Shown: piece after piece, positions 27,141 through 37,282 of the stretch
How positions within the stretch are numbered: the stretch's first letter is position 1
Layout of the letters: the number at the start of each line of letters is the position of its first letter
Assembly: GCA_013202295.1 (NCBI GenBank)
Contig: JABMRT010000064.1
Span: 3,362 to 67,361 of the forward strand
Reading direction: 5' to 3'
Length of the DNA stretch: 64,000 bases
DNA from: Candidatus Zhuqueibacterota bacterium
Lineage (GTDB): Bacteria > Zhuqueibacterota > QNDG01 > JABMRT01
Position numbers and translations under genes: made by a program
The notes under the pieces: generated by a model
What the model saw: the letters and a program-made list of their open reading frames with translations, nothing else
Told to the model about the DNA's origin: nothing
The model's database searches: none

Positions 27141-28364
27141 TTATTTAATAGGTGTAAACGTTTCCTTACTATCTAATTTTCCGTTTAAGAAGTTAAAAAT
27201 AATACCTTTTGAATAATATTTTAAGCTAGTGTATTTAAAACCTTCTCTTTCTAATGTATAAAATTCATCTGGTTCGCCATATTCTTCTTTAATCTCACTA
27301 ACTTCACCAGAATTAATTGATTCTGCCATATCAAACGCGGCCTGGCCTTTTTTCATGTTGCCGGTCCGCACATAGCAGACGCCCAGATTGTTCCAGGCAA
27401 GCTGGTTTAGAGGATTCAGATCTACAGCTTTTTCATAATAGGGGATGCCTTCTTCCCATCTTTCCGTTTCAAGATAGGCCTGTGCCGCATTCAGGTTGGA
27501 GTCGAAATCATCCGGTGCGATTCGAATAACTTCCAAAAAGGCATCGATGGCTTTCTCAAAAATTCCTGCTTTTTCTGGATCATCCTTCTCCAGATTCTGT
27601 GCCTGCATATAATAGAGACGGCCCAGATTGAACCAAGTATCCGCGTTGTCCGGATTGATTTTCAGCACATCCGTATAAATTTCAATGGCTTTGTCTTTTT
27701 CATCCTTCAGATCATAACTGTAGGCGATATTTTGGATGGCTTTGTTATAGAGATCTGATCCAGGTTCGGATTTATCCACAACACCCTGCAGAACTTCAAT
27801 GGCTTCATCATACATTTTATTGCGATAATAAACAATACCAAGCGTAGATTGCACTTCAAGGTTGCTGGGATCTTTCTCGATGGCTTGTTTGTATGTTAAA
27901 ATGGCGAGAGAGTCTTCTTTCATTAACGAGTATACCAATGCTAGATTTGTGAAGGCTTCGCTTTTTTCAGGCACCATTTCTGTACAAAGTGTGAAGTTTT
28001 CTTTGGCTTTTTCGAATTCATTGTTTTTAATCGCGCTTGCACCAATATTGAAGAGATCTACATAATATTTATTGCGCTGCTGTGAGATTTCAGCCGCGTG
28101 AAGAGCTGAGATATTGAGTGACTTGGTGAATGCATCATTCATTTCCCGATAATTACCAAGGAGACCCTGGGTCTGGCCCATTATAAACCAGGCAGCCGGA
28201 TCTTTAGAATTAGTATTTACTGCCAACTGGCATTGCTCCAGTGCTTTCTCATACTGACCCTGCTGGATGTAGACTTTGGCTGATGTGACTGCGGTTTGCT
28301 GACAACCGGCGCCGATTAAAGCGAGAATGATGACGGCAGTAAAAATGGTGAAAAAACGTTTCAT
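27141..28364 (-). CDS. Tetratricopeptide-repeat lipoprotein
   Basis: Lipobox GAGC; repeated TPR helices (AWFIMG, AFTNLA, TWFNLG, AWNNLG); RBS AAGGAGG. Confidence 0.9.
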   Translation of the reverse strand: MKRFFTIFTAVIILALIGAGCQQTAVTSAKVYIQQGQYEKALEQCQLAVNTNSKDPAAWFIMGQTQGLLGNYREMNDAFTKSLNISALHAAEISQQRNKYYVDLFNIGASAIKNNEFEKAKENFTLCTEMVPEKSEAFTNLALVYSLMKEDSLAILTYKQAIEKDPSNLEVQSTLGIVYYRNKMYDEAIEVLQGVVDKSEPGSDLYNKAIQNIAYSYDLKDEKDKAIEIYTDVLKINPDNADTWFNLGRLYYMQAQNLEKDDPEKAGIFEKAIDAFLEVIRIAPDDFDSNLNAAQAYLETERWEEGIPYYEKAVDLNPLNQLAWNNLGVCYVRTGNMKKGQAAFDMAESINSGEVSEIKEEYGEPDEFYTLEREGFKYTSLKYYSKGIIFNFLNGKLDSKETFTPIK

Positions 28365-28678
28365 TTCTTTATCCTCCTTCAGAATTTTTTAACGTGCCTA
28401 AAAAATCGTACCAATTTACACCATTTGAGGTCGAGAGTCAAGGCCTTTTTAATGAATTGCTGATCTTTATCAGATTCCGCTTGTATGAATATGAATCATC
28501 AACACACAAGAATCATCTTGTAATCATAGCTGGATTTGAATATTTTATTTTTACAGCAACAAGATCCCGGTTTATCACTCGGAGATTTTAATCATAAAAA
28601 TCTTGGGAAATCGCAAGCGTTCCTGCAATATTCATTCAGGCGGGAACCCATCCAGCCAGTTTCACCGTAAAAGTATGA

Positions 28679-29359
28679 ATGATGCTAAAATCCTTTTCTG
28701 AAAAACGCATTCGATTTGCGCCGATTCGCAATACACTTCACGGTCCTTCCAGCAATGAAGTGCGGCAATACCGCGTTCGGGTTGAGATCGGTTTGATGAC
28801 GATTCTGAGTTGTCTGATTATATTGTTTGTTATATCAAAGCGGCTGCCGGAAAAATCCATCCGTCTACCCGAACTGTCGGATCACATTTCAATTTTAATC
28901 GATGAAATTCCTATCACACGGCAGGGCAGACCCAAAACCGCACCTTCCCGTCCTGTGATTCCCATCCCGGATGAATCAGAGATACTCCCTGACGATATCA
29001 CGATTGAACCGGAACAATTTGCACTTGATGCAGGCGTTCCTCTGTTAGGAAATGGCGGGTTTGGAGATTTTGGTGAGGGTGGAAGCGGTTTTATGCCCAG
29101 ACCAATCCGGGAGGCTGTGCCTGAGTTTCCGGAAGCGGATCGAAAAAAAGGCATACATGGTGTCGTGGAATTGAGTATCCTTGTGAATGCCAGAGGGCGG
29201 GTGGACAGTGTGCGTGTCATTCAAAATACCACCGGTAGCAAGCGGCTGGCTCAGGCTGCCAAGAACGCGGCATACCGAAGTTTGTACCGTCCGCCAAGCG
29301 GCAAGCTGAAGGGGCAGTCTTGCTGGATTACGCGGCCCTACCGGTTCGAGAGCGATTGA
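28679..29359 (+). CDS. TonB-family energy transducer
   Basis: N-terminal TM, Pro-rich linker, 'PEFPEADRKKGIHGVVELSILVNARGRV'. Confidence 0.8.
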   Translation: MMLKSFSEKRIRFAPIRNTLHGPSSNEVRQYRVRVEIGLMTILSCLIILFVISKRLPEKSIRLPELSDHISILIDEIPITRQGRPKTAPSRPVIPIPDESEILPDDITIEPEQFALDAGVPLLGNGGFGDFGEGGSGFMPRPIREAVPEFPEADRKKGIHGVVELSILVNARGRVDSVRVIQNTTGSKRLAQAAKNAAYRSLYRPPSGKLKGQSCWITRPYRFESD

Positions 29360-29395
29360 ATCAGGGAATCCATTTTCATATTTAAGGAAACAGAG

Positions 29396-31699
29396 ATGAG
29401 AGATAAAGGGATTCAAAAGCAAAGCATCCTTCTGGGATTATGTGTTCTGTTACTATTTTCCGATGGCACTGCGCGGGATCGACTGCTCAGATCCGAAGCA
29501 GACAGTTTAATTGCCCGGGGCAACGAGCTTCTCAGCTGGGGACGATCCGAGCAAGCACTGCATCCATTTAAAAAGGTATTGGATACCTTTCCAAATGATG
29601 TCGATGCCCGTTTCGGACGGGCAGAGGCCCACTTTGCGTTGCATCAATGGGGTGATGCTTCGGACTGGTATGGCAACGTGCTCGATAAAGATCCAAACCG
29701 GATCGAAGCGCATTATGGCAAGGCTGTGGCCAAGCGCGAGATCGGAAAACACTCGGTACTTGTGCAGCGCTATCTGATTTGGCGGTCCTCCCGCATACAC
29801 TTTGAAAAAGCAGCCGCACTGGACTCCACTTTTCGTGACTTGCTTTTTCAATGGGCGCTGCTTGAACGATATGGTGGACAATATAAAAAAGCCATTCTGC
29901 TGACCCATCGTCAAACACGCATCCTTTTGAATGAGAAAATCAAGCTGGGTCTTCTGATGATGTATGACTTTTATGTCGAGCATACGGATAAGGATGAGGC
30001 CGAGACCTGGCTGGAATCTAGACATACGCCCTATGACCGATTGGCGCTGGGTGAGTTCTATCGGCGCGAGGAGATGTTTCTAAAAGCAGATTCCATGTTT
30101 CAATCTCTACTCGATTCGCCCGGATGGATTCCACTTGAGGCAGTACATCTCTCCATGGTTCGGCTTGCAGTACAGACCGATCAGCCTGAACTGGCCGAAT
30201 TTCATTACTGGCAGGCTGTGGATCGTGTGCGCAACCTGGTGGGTGTAGAGCTAATCCTTCAAGATTTCATGACCATCATCAATGAAAATGAATATCATGC
30301 ATTTGCCAATCAGGTGACATTGAGCAATTTTACCAGCACAATCCGGTCTTTCTGGAATACCCGTAATCCCCTGCCCGCTTCGGAGACCAACTTGCGCCTG
30401 GTCGAGCATTTCCGGCGCACCCTGTATGCCGAGAAATATTATAGATATGATGGCTTTCGACACAAGGTGTACACCACGGATATGTCCGTCACTTTTGATT
30501 TTCCTGTCTGGAGGACCGAAAATTACAAATTCAATGATATGGGATTGATTTACATTCGATACGGCAAACCGGATGAGCAATCCTTTGCAGTGTCGGAGAA
30601 TGTCACAGAAAATATGTCGTGGCTCTATTATTCACGCGGCAATCAGCCAAAAATGATTTTTCATTTTGCTGTGCAAAACAATGCGCCGCCGGGATTGTGG
30701 ACCCTTGTTTCCGGATTTGACCAACCTGAAATTCTTGAGGGATTGTTGCATTGGGACCGTCTTTATCAGGAGATGTTGTTCTCGACAGGTACTGAACGTT
30801 TGGCCCGCTGGCACGAATTGACCACGCAGCGCGCTGAAATGGTGCGTATCGGAATGCGTTCGGATCGTCATACCTGGATTGATGAGACGGAAGTCCTTGA
30901 AATGTATCAGACGGCATCCCGATTTCGACAATCCAAGTCTGAGGATGTACTTCAGATCGCATACGCTGTTCCAGTGATGTTCAATTTGAATGATGATTCC
31001 GGGCATCATGCCATTCATCTTGAATCAGGATTGGCAGTATTTGATCAAGGAATGTCACCGATTTTTAAGCGTGTTCAGAACGATACGATCAGTGATTCCA
31101 CAGATATCCGGATTTTTCACGGATATTTTATTGAAGAGTATGAAGTGCCCGTTCAATTGCAGATGGTTAATGTAGCGATCCATGCGCGTATTCCTGATCA
31201 AAACAAAGTGAACGCATGGAAATATCAATATGCCCTTTCATCCGAAAACCGGGATGCGCTTTCCTTAAGTAGTCTGATACTGGCTTATGATATCGCTCCC
31301 AAATCCAATCCGGCTGCACGACATCGCAATGACTTGAAAATGATTCCGAATCCATCGGGAAAGTTCAAGTCGAATGATCCTGTTTACGCCTATTATGAGT
31401 TGTATAATCTCGCCTATGACAAGGATGGGAAAACACGTTATGAGGTGGATTTCGCTCTTTGCCGCGATCCCCGAAATAAAAGTGTATTCAGAAAATTATT
31501 TGGCTGGATTGGCGGGGGTGGCGGTTACAAGATCAGTTTACAAAGCGAGCAGCGCAGTGAGTTCCGTACCGTGTCGGATTATCTGAGTTTTGATCTGACT
31601 CAGGCAGATCCGGGTGAGTATGAACTCAAATTGATTGTGAAAGATCTTGTCCTTAATGAGAAGGTCGAAGCGATTGCCTTGTTTGAACTGGTGGAATAG
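29396..31699 (+). CDS. Secreted TPR + GWxTD-like domain protein
   Basis: Signal peptide, TPRs, 'FWNTRNPLPASETN..LVEHFRR..YA' and 'DMGLIYIRYGKPD', C-terminal 'YYELYNL...PGEYELKLIVKDL'. Confidence 0.75.
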   Translation: MRDKGIQKQSILLGLCVLLLFSDGTARDRLLRSEADSLIARGNELLSWGRSEQALHPFKKVLDTFPNDVDARFGRAEAHFALHQWGDASDWYGNVLDKDPNRIEAHYGKAVAKREIGKHSVLVQRYLIWRSSRIHFEKAAALDSTFRDLLFQWALLERYGGQYKKAILLTHRQTRILLNEKIKLGLLMMYDFYVEHTDKDEAETWLESRHTPYDRLALGEFYRREEMFLKADSMFQSLLDSPGWIPLEAVHLSMVRLAVQTDQPELAEFHYWQAVDRVRNLVGVELILQDFMTIINENEYHAFANQVTLSNFTSTIRSFWNTRNPLPASETNLRLVEHFRRTLYAEKYYRYDGFRHKVYTTDMSVTFDFPVWRTENYKFNDMGLIYIRYGKPDEQSFAVSENVTENMSWLYYSRGNQPKMIFHFAVQNNAPPGLWTLVSGFDQPEILEGLLHWDRLYQEMLFSTGTERLARWHELTTQRAEMVRIGMRSDRHTWIDETEVLEMYQTASRFRQSKSEDVLQIAYAVPVMFNLNDDSGHHAIHLESGLAVFDQGMSPIFKRVQNDTISDSTDIRIFHGYFIEEYEVPVQLQMVNVAIHARIPDQNKVNAWKYQYALSSENRDALSLSSLILAYDIAPKSNPAARHRNDLKMIPNPSGKFKSNDPVYAYYELYNLAYDKDGKTRYEVDFALCRDPRNKSVFRKLFGWIGGGGGYKISLQSEQRSEFRTVSDYLSFDLTQADPGEYELKLIVKDLVLNEKVEAIALFELVE

Positions 31700-31704
31700 A
31701 AACA

Positions 31705-31732
31705 AAATGCTATATGCTAAATGCTAAATGCT
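31705..31732. repeat. 7-bp tandem repeat x4
   Basis: AAATGCT ATATGCT AAATGCT AAATGCT, overlapping the GT9 stop codon. Confidence 0.8.
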
Positions 31733-32835
31733 CCCTTTGTTGTTTTTAATAATTTCATTACTGTAGAATACACATCGTCAATTGAAATGCTGGTTGTTTG
31801 ATGATTCGAATTCCTAATGGCGACGAATTGGTCCCCCACAGGCTTCCAATATCTTGGATCAGTGGGGCCGAAGATCGCAGCGAGGGGTGTGCCGACTGAG
31901 GCGCAGAGATGCATCACTCCGGTATCATTACAGACTGCGACATCACATAATGAGAAATGGATGATTTGATTCCTTAATGAAGATGGGGGAATTCGAGTTA
32001 ATTTAAAATCCAACTGCGAAAAAAAGGAATCGGCCAAATTGTTCTCTTGTGGTCCCCAATAAACGGCCAGATTATCCAGTCCATTTTCTTTCAAGCGTTT
32101 GGCAAGTTCCACAAATTTCTCAATCGGCCAGCGATTCTCAGGTTTGTTCGCGCCGATGTGCAAGCCGATGACAGGGCTGTCCTTTTTATAAATATCGGGA
32201 TAGATCTTCTGAAGCGCAGATTTCTCCTCCCCGGCCACATTTATAATTTCAGACAGATTGTTTGTGTCCACGCCAATATATTGGACAATATCCAGATTGC
32301 GGTCGCTCTGATGTCGATCTTTTGGGCTGTCTGGTGCGAGTAAATCGTACATGAAATTGCGGGTACATCCACCAAAAATGTCACGTTCTGATCCCAGAAT
32401 AATTTTTGCACCGGAGAGCAGGGCAATAATATCAGCAGTCAATGAGTGGCTCTCCGAGCTCAAGACGACCGCGAAATCCCATTTTTTATAGAGCTGTCTC
32501 CACAGCGTCCAAATTTTCTTTAACGTCCAGTCCTTGCCATTGCGACAGAAGATGAGAATGTTATCCACACACTCGCTGTGAATCATGGTGTCCGCGAAAT
32601 AGTCCTTGACCACAATGCCCATCCGGGATTCGGGGAAACGATTTTTCAGCGCGCGAATGGCGGGAGTGGACAGAAGAAAGTCGCCCATCTGATCCTGTGG
32701 GCGAATGATGAGAATCCGTTCGATGGAATTCCACTCCACTTCTTCAGGTTGCGTTACGGATCGCCCGATCCGATTCTCTAGAAACCGCATGATTTTGTGC
32801 TTGAAGAATTGCTCGATTTTACGCCAGCGGATCAA
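31717..32835 (-). CDS. Glycosyltransferase family 9 (LPS heptosyltransferase-like)
   Basis: 'ILIIRPQDQMGDFLLSTPAIRALK', 'NRWPIEKF', 'CNDTGVMHLCASVGTPLAAIFGPT'. Confidence 0.92.
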   Translation of the reverse strand: MIRWRKIEQFFKHKIMRFLENRIGRSVTQPEEVEWNSIERILIIRPQDQMGDFLLSTPAIRALKNRFPESRMGIVVKDYFADTMIHSECVDNILIFCRNGKDWTLKKIWTLWRQLYKKWDFAVVLSSESHSLTADIIALLSGAKIILGSERDIFGGCTRNFMYDLLAPDSPKDRHQSDRNLDIVQYIGVDTNNLSEIINVAGEEKSALQKIYPDIYKKDSPVIGLHIGANKPENRWPIEKFVELAKRLKENGLDNLAVYWGPQENNLADSFFSQLDFKLTRIPPSSLRNQIIHFSLCDVAVCNDTGVMHLCASVGTPLAAIFGPTDPRYWKPVGDQFVAIRNSNHQTTSISIDDVYSTVMKLLKTTKGAFSI

Positions 32836-32965
32836 AAACTTCTCCTTGTCATTTGCTTCAAGATTTGGTAATTTATCAATTCAAGATCGGAAAAGCAACT
32901 GTTCAAAAAAATATGAAAGGAAAATTCCGGAGGTTAAAGAAACCTCCAGAATTTGATATCATCCA

Positions 32966-34057
32966 ATGGAATTAAGACAATATGGAAAAACTGACGCGAA
33001 AGTCTCGGTACTGGGTTTTGGTGCGATGCGGTTCGAACATCCTGATGATTTTGATGAGTCGGCGGCCACTGTACTTCACGCATTTGAAAAGGGCGTGAAT
33101 TATTTTGATACGGCGCCTCTTTATTTTGAGGATAAATCCGAAAAGATTGTCGGGAAGGCCGTGCTTGAAATGAAAAAACAGAATCGTCCCTTTTACATCT
33201 CCACAAAATCGGCTGGCCAAACCGCGAGCGATGTGCGCAAGGATTTGGAAGAATCACTCCGGAGGCTCAATCTCGACACCATTGATTTCTTTCATTGCTG
33301 GTGTGTGATGACGCTGGATGACTGGCAGAACCGGCTCAAAGGCGGAGTTGTGCAGGAAATCCTGAAAGCCAAGGAGGAGGGGCTGATTCGCTATCCCGCA
33401 GTCTCAACCCATTTGCCAGGTTCAGACATCCACCATATTTTAAAGGATGGCTATTTCGAGGGTGTGACGCTGGGGTATTCCGCAGTTAACTTTACTTATC
33501 GTGAAGCGGGGATTCAGGCCGCAGCAGAGCGAAATCTCGGCGTGGTGACCATGAATCCTCTGGGCGGGGGATTGATCCCGCAAAATGAAGAGACATTTTC
33601 CTTTATCAAAATGGATCCAGAGCAATCCCTGGTTGAAGCTGGATTACAGTTTTTGAAAGCACAACCCGAAATATCCACAATGATCGTAGGGTTTCGGAAT
33701 AAATCCGATGTGGATTCTGCTGTGCAAGCGATTGAGGATGGAACACCCTTTTCATCCGAACATTTGAAAAATATGCGCCAGGCGCTCAAAGAGAATTTTA
33801 ATGAACTCTGCACCACCTGTACCTATTGCAAGGATTGTCCTGAAAACATCGAGGTCTGGAAGTTTATGGAAGCCTCGAATTATTTTGAGATGAAGGGCGG
33901 GGACACACCGTATGACCGACTGAAATGGCATTGGGACAAACAACTTGATGAGTTGGACCGATGCACGCAATGCCGTTTGTGCGAAGAGGTCTGTACACAG
34001 CATCTTCCGATCCTTGACCGCTTTGAGCAATTAAAATCCAAGAAACCGTCAAAATGA
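32966..34057 (+). CDS. Aldo/keto reductase with C-terminal 4Fe-4S dicluster
   Basis: 'SVLGFGAMR', 'GVNYFDTAPLY', 'ESLRRLNLDTID'; CTTCTYCKDCP and CTQCRLCEEVC. Confidence 0.92.
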   Translation: MELRQYGKTDAKVSVLGFGAMRFEHPDDFDESAATVLHAFEKGVNYFDTAPLYFEDKSEKIVGKAVLEMKKQNRPFYISTKSAGQTASDVRKDLEESLRRLNLDTIDFFHCWCVMTLDDWQNRLKGGVVQEILKAKEEGLIRYPAVSTHLPGSDIHHILKDGYFEGVTLGYSAVNFTYREAGIQAAAERNLGVVTMNPLGGGLIPQNEETFSFIKMDPEQSLVEAGLQFLKAQPEISTMIVGFRNKSDVDSAVQAIEDGTPFSSEHLKNMRQALKENFNELCTTCTYCKDCPENIEVWKFMEASNYFEMKGGDTPYDRLKWHWDKQLDELDRCTQCRLCEEVCTQHLPILDRFEQLKSKKPSK

Positions 34058-34064
34058 GGATATC

Positions 34065-35615
34065 ATGGAGCGACGTCAATTTCTAAAGTCCCTGACTCAG
34101 AGCAGTGCCATTCTCGGATCTGGCGCCGCTCTGTCCATACTTGGAACCCAATGTGGTTTAAGCTCCACCCCCCTGAAAAATGTGATTGTCATTATCGGAG
34201 ATGATCATGCGGCTGGTGTGTTAGGATGCTATGGCAATCCACTCATCCAGACTCCTAATCTTGACAGAATGGCAAAAAAGGGCATCCGATTCACGCATGC
34301 CTATGCACAGGCGCCGGTGTGTTCGGCTTCCAGGCAGTCGTTGCTCACAGGCAAGTATCCGCATGCCACTGGTGTGACTCTGTTGACCACCTCCTTTCCG
34401 GATGAATCCAACGTCACCATTCCCGAACATCTGAAGCAATTCGGATTCAAAACGGCTGTGATTGGTAAAACCCATTTCAACAATGGTGGTTCGCATGGAT
34501 TCGATGTTAATATCAACAGACATCATCATCGCGAGTATTTGAATAACCACCCACCCAAACAAATTCCGGATGGAAAAAAAGTACGTCCAAAGTGGAGGCC
34601 GTTTCGCGATCCTGCCCCGATCTGGCTCAATGCAGATATGCTGCCATCACCCGAGTATGACGCTGATACAGAAACCACGTTCCTGACCGAACAGGCTGTT
34701 CAGTTCATCCAGAAAAATAAAGAGAATCGATTCTGTATGTTTGTTGGATATCATGAGCCGCATTCGCCATTTTACTTCCCAATCGAATGGGAAGGCAAGT
34801 ACAAACCGGAAGATGTGTCGCTTCCCAAGGGCAGCCCTGACGATGATCGGTGGGTGCCCGAAATCTTTCGTAATTTATCTGAACAGGATCGGAGAGGAAT
34901 TATTGCTTCGTATTATACTTCCGTGGACTATTTGGATTCCAAGGTGGGGCAAATCCTTGATGCCGTCCGTCACAATAAACTGGAAGAGAACACTCTGGTC
35001 ATCTATATCGGCGATCAGGGATATCTGCTAAATGATCATAAAAGATTTGAGAAACATTCGATGTGGGAAGAGTCGGTTCGAGCGCCTTTAATCTTGCAGG
35101 CTGGCGGGCGATGGGGCAAGGATCGAGTCGTAGGCGGTTTGACCGAGTTTGTTGATTTGGCTCCAACTATATGTGCTGTTTTAGGAGTTTCCGCCATGGA
35201 TGAGGCGCAGGGGCAGAGCCTGATGCCAATGCTGGAAGGGAGGACTCCAGCAAATAAAGATTCTGTTTTTTCTGAATTTCTGTGCGATAATAAGGCCATG
35301 GTCCGAACCAAACGATGGAAATATATATTTACATCTGGGAAGCGGGATTTAGGGCAGGGATATGCAACAGGCGAGGGACCGTCCGGCATTTTGCACAAAT
35401 TGTATGATTTGATGAGTGATCCCAACGAGACCAAGAATGTTGCAGGAGATCTGGCGAATTCATCCATCCTGCAGATGATGCAAGAACGAATGTTAAAGCT
35501 GTTTAGACGGACGGATGCTCGTGCGCAGGATATCCCTTCCGATATCTCAATTGAAAAACAGCTGACTTTGTTTTGTGAACCTCCTGATGTGGGTGCAGAT
35601 TTGTATGCGAAATGA
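34065..35615 (+). CDS. Sulfatase (Cys-type, Tat-like signal)
   Basis: ERRQFLK; 'IIGDDH'; formylglycine motif CSASRQSLLTGKY; 'GKTH'; 'GDQG'. Confidence 0.92.
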   Translation: MERRQFLKSLTQSSAILGSGAALSILGTQCGLSSTPLKNVIVIIGDDHAAGVLGCYGNPLIQTPNLDRMAKKGIRFTHAYAQAPVCSASRQSLLTGKYPHATGVTLLTTSFPDESNVTIPEHLKQFGFKTAVIGKTHFNNGGSHGFDVNINRHHHREYLNNHPPKQIPDGKKVRPKWRPFRDPAPIWLNADMLPSPEYDADTETTFLTEQAVQFIQKNKENRFCMFVGYHEPHSPFYFPIEWEGKYKPEDVSLPKGSPDDDRWVPEIFRNLSEQDRRGIIASYYTSVDYLDSKVGQILDAVRHNKLEENTLVIYIGDQGYLLNDHKRFEKHSMWEESVRAPLILQAGGRWGKDRVVGGLTEFVDLAPTICAVLGVSAMDEAQGQSLMPMLEGRTPANKDSVFSEFLCDNKAMVRTKRWKYIFTSGKRDLGQGYATGEGPSGILHKLYDLMSDPNETKNVAGDLANSSILQMMQERMLKLFRRTDARAQDIPSDISIEKQLTLFCEPPDVGADLYAK

Positions 35616-35693
35616 TACCCCACTAACGACTCTGTTGGATCTCCCCTCAAAGGGAGATTTCCTCAATTTTTATTGCTTTTATAGGAAAAAACT

Positions 35694-37109
35694 GTGATGA
35701 ATCGAAGACAATTCATTCGAGCAACCAGTACAGCGGCTGGGTCTGCAATCCTTGGCAGTTGTGCCAGACAAAGACTTTATGAAACACCGAAAAAGCCGAA
35801 TATCATCTACATCCTGGCTGATGACTTGGGGTATGGCGACTTGGGCTGTTACGGTCAGACTAAAATCCGAACGCCTCATCTCGATCAGATGGCTGCAGAG
35901 GGCATGCGTTTCACGAACCATTATTCAGGAAGTACGGTTTGTGCTCCTTCCCGTTGCTGCCTCATGACCGGTTTACATACCGGGCACACTCGTGTCCGTG
36001 GTAATTATGAATCCGGCCCACATGGTTTTGGCGCTTGTCTTGAGTTGCGGCCCGAAGATGTGACCGTTGCCGAGTTACTTCAGCAAGGCGGATACAAAAC
36101 CGGCGCATTCGGCAAATGGAGCCTGGGTATTGAGAAGACGACGGGCGCGCCCTGGAAGCAGGGATTTGATCAGTTCTTCGGATATTTAAATCAGGGAAAT
36201 GCACATCGGTATTACCCGGATTTTCTCTGGGAGAATGATCAGAAAGTAGAACTGCCCGAGAATCTGGATGGTCAGCAAAGTACTTATTCCCATGATTTAA
36301 TCATAGATCGAGCTTTGGATTTTATCCAACAAAACAAGACTCAGCCCTTTTTTCTCTATCTTGCGATTGCGATTCCTCATGCCGATCTTCTTGTGCCAGA
36401 TGATTCCTTGCAGGAATATCTGGGGCAATTTGAAGAGACGCCCTATAAAGAAAAATTTTATAAAGGACAATCCACACCTAAAGCGGCTTTCGCGGGCATG
36501 ATCACTCGCATGGATCGGGATGTGGGACGATTGTTCGCGTTGTTAAAATCCTTGTCAATTGACGAGGATACGATTGTAATTTTTTCCAGTGACAACGGGC
36601 CGCATAAAGAGGGTGGGGCTGATCCTGATTTCTTTCAGAGTGCAGGATCTTTTCGCGGTTATAAGAGGGATCTGTATGAAGGCGGCATTCGGGTGCCAAT
36701 GATTGCACGATGGCCGGGACGTATCCAGCCCGGTCAAACATCAGATCATCCATCTGCATTCTGGGATTTCTTGCCCATGGCATGTGAACTGGCCAATCAG
36801 TCCATCCCGGATGGAATAGATGGGATTTCCATACTTCCCTCAATGACCGGGAAATCCCAGAAAAAACACGATTACTTATACTGGGAGTTTCATGAAAATT
36901 CGACCACCTCGCAAGCTATCCGATATCAGAATTGGAAAGGTGTGCGGCATGCGCCGAATGGACCTCTGGAACTTTATGATCTGAAAACGGATCATGGCGA
37001 GGAACGGAATGTGGTCGATAAACATCCAGAAGTCTACAAACAATTAACCGCAATTTTTGATTCAGCACGAACCGATCATGAACTCTGGCCGCTCAAATAT
37101 TATAAGTAA
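35694..37109 (+). CDS. Arylsulfatase (Cys-type, Tat lipoprotein)
   Basis: NRRQFIR...LGSC; 'KPNIIYILADDLGYGDLG'; CAPSRCCLMTG; 'SSDNG'; 'KRDLYEGGIRVP'. Confidence 0.95.
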   Translation: MMNRRQFIRATSTAAGSAILGSCARQRLYETPKKPNIIYILADDLGYGDLGCYGQTKIRTPHLDQMAAEGMRFTNHYSGSTVCAPSRCCLMTGLHTGHTRVRGNYESGPHGFGACLELRPEDVTVAELLQQGGYKTGAFGKWSLGIEKTTGAPWKQGFDQFFGYLNQGNAHRYYPDFLWENDQKVELPENLDGQQSTYSHDLIIDRALDFIQQNKTQPFFLYLAIAIPHADLLVPDDSLQEYLGQFEETPYKEKFYKGQSTPKAAFAGMITRMDRDVGRLFALLKSLSIDEDTIVIFSSDNGPHKEGGADPDFFQSAGSFRGYKRDLYEGGIRVPMIARWPGRIQPGQTSDHPSAFWDFLPMACELANQSIPDGIDGISILPSMTGKSQKKHDYLYWEFHENSTTSQAIRYQNWKGVRHAPNGPLELYDLKTDHGEERNVVDKHPEVYKQLTAIFDSARTDHELWPLKYYK

Positions 37110-37282
37110 TATTGACTCATTTACTTTTTACTTGAACTTAGGTTATCATTTTTGTATTATTCAAAGAATTTCAATAGCAGGTTTTACTTGTATTCTTTTT
37201 GTTTGCAGTCAGGTCCGAAGGGCATGTGAATTGCTATATTCTAATTCGGTTTATTAATAACGGTTCCAAGGGGGTATCCAGA

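Noticed and set aside
35639..35658. ATCTCCC/GGGAGAT hairpin between the sulfatases as an ncRNA
   Set aside because: Too short to support more than a hairpin or repeat remnant.
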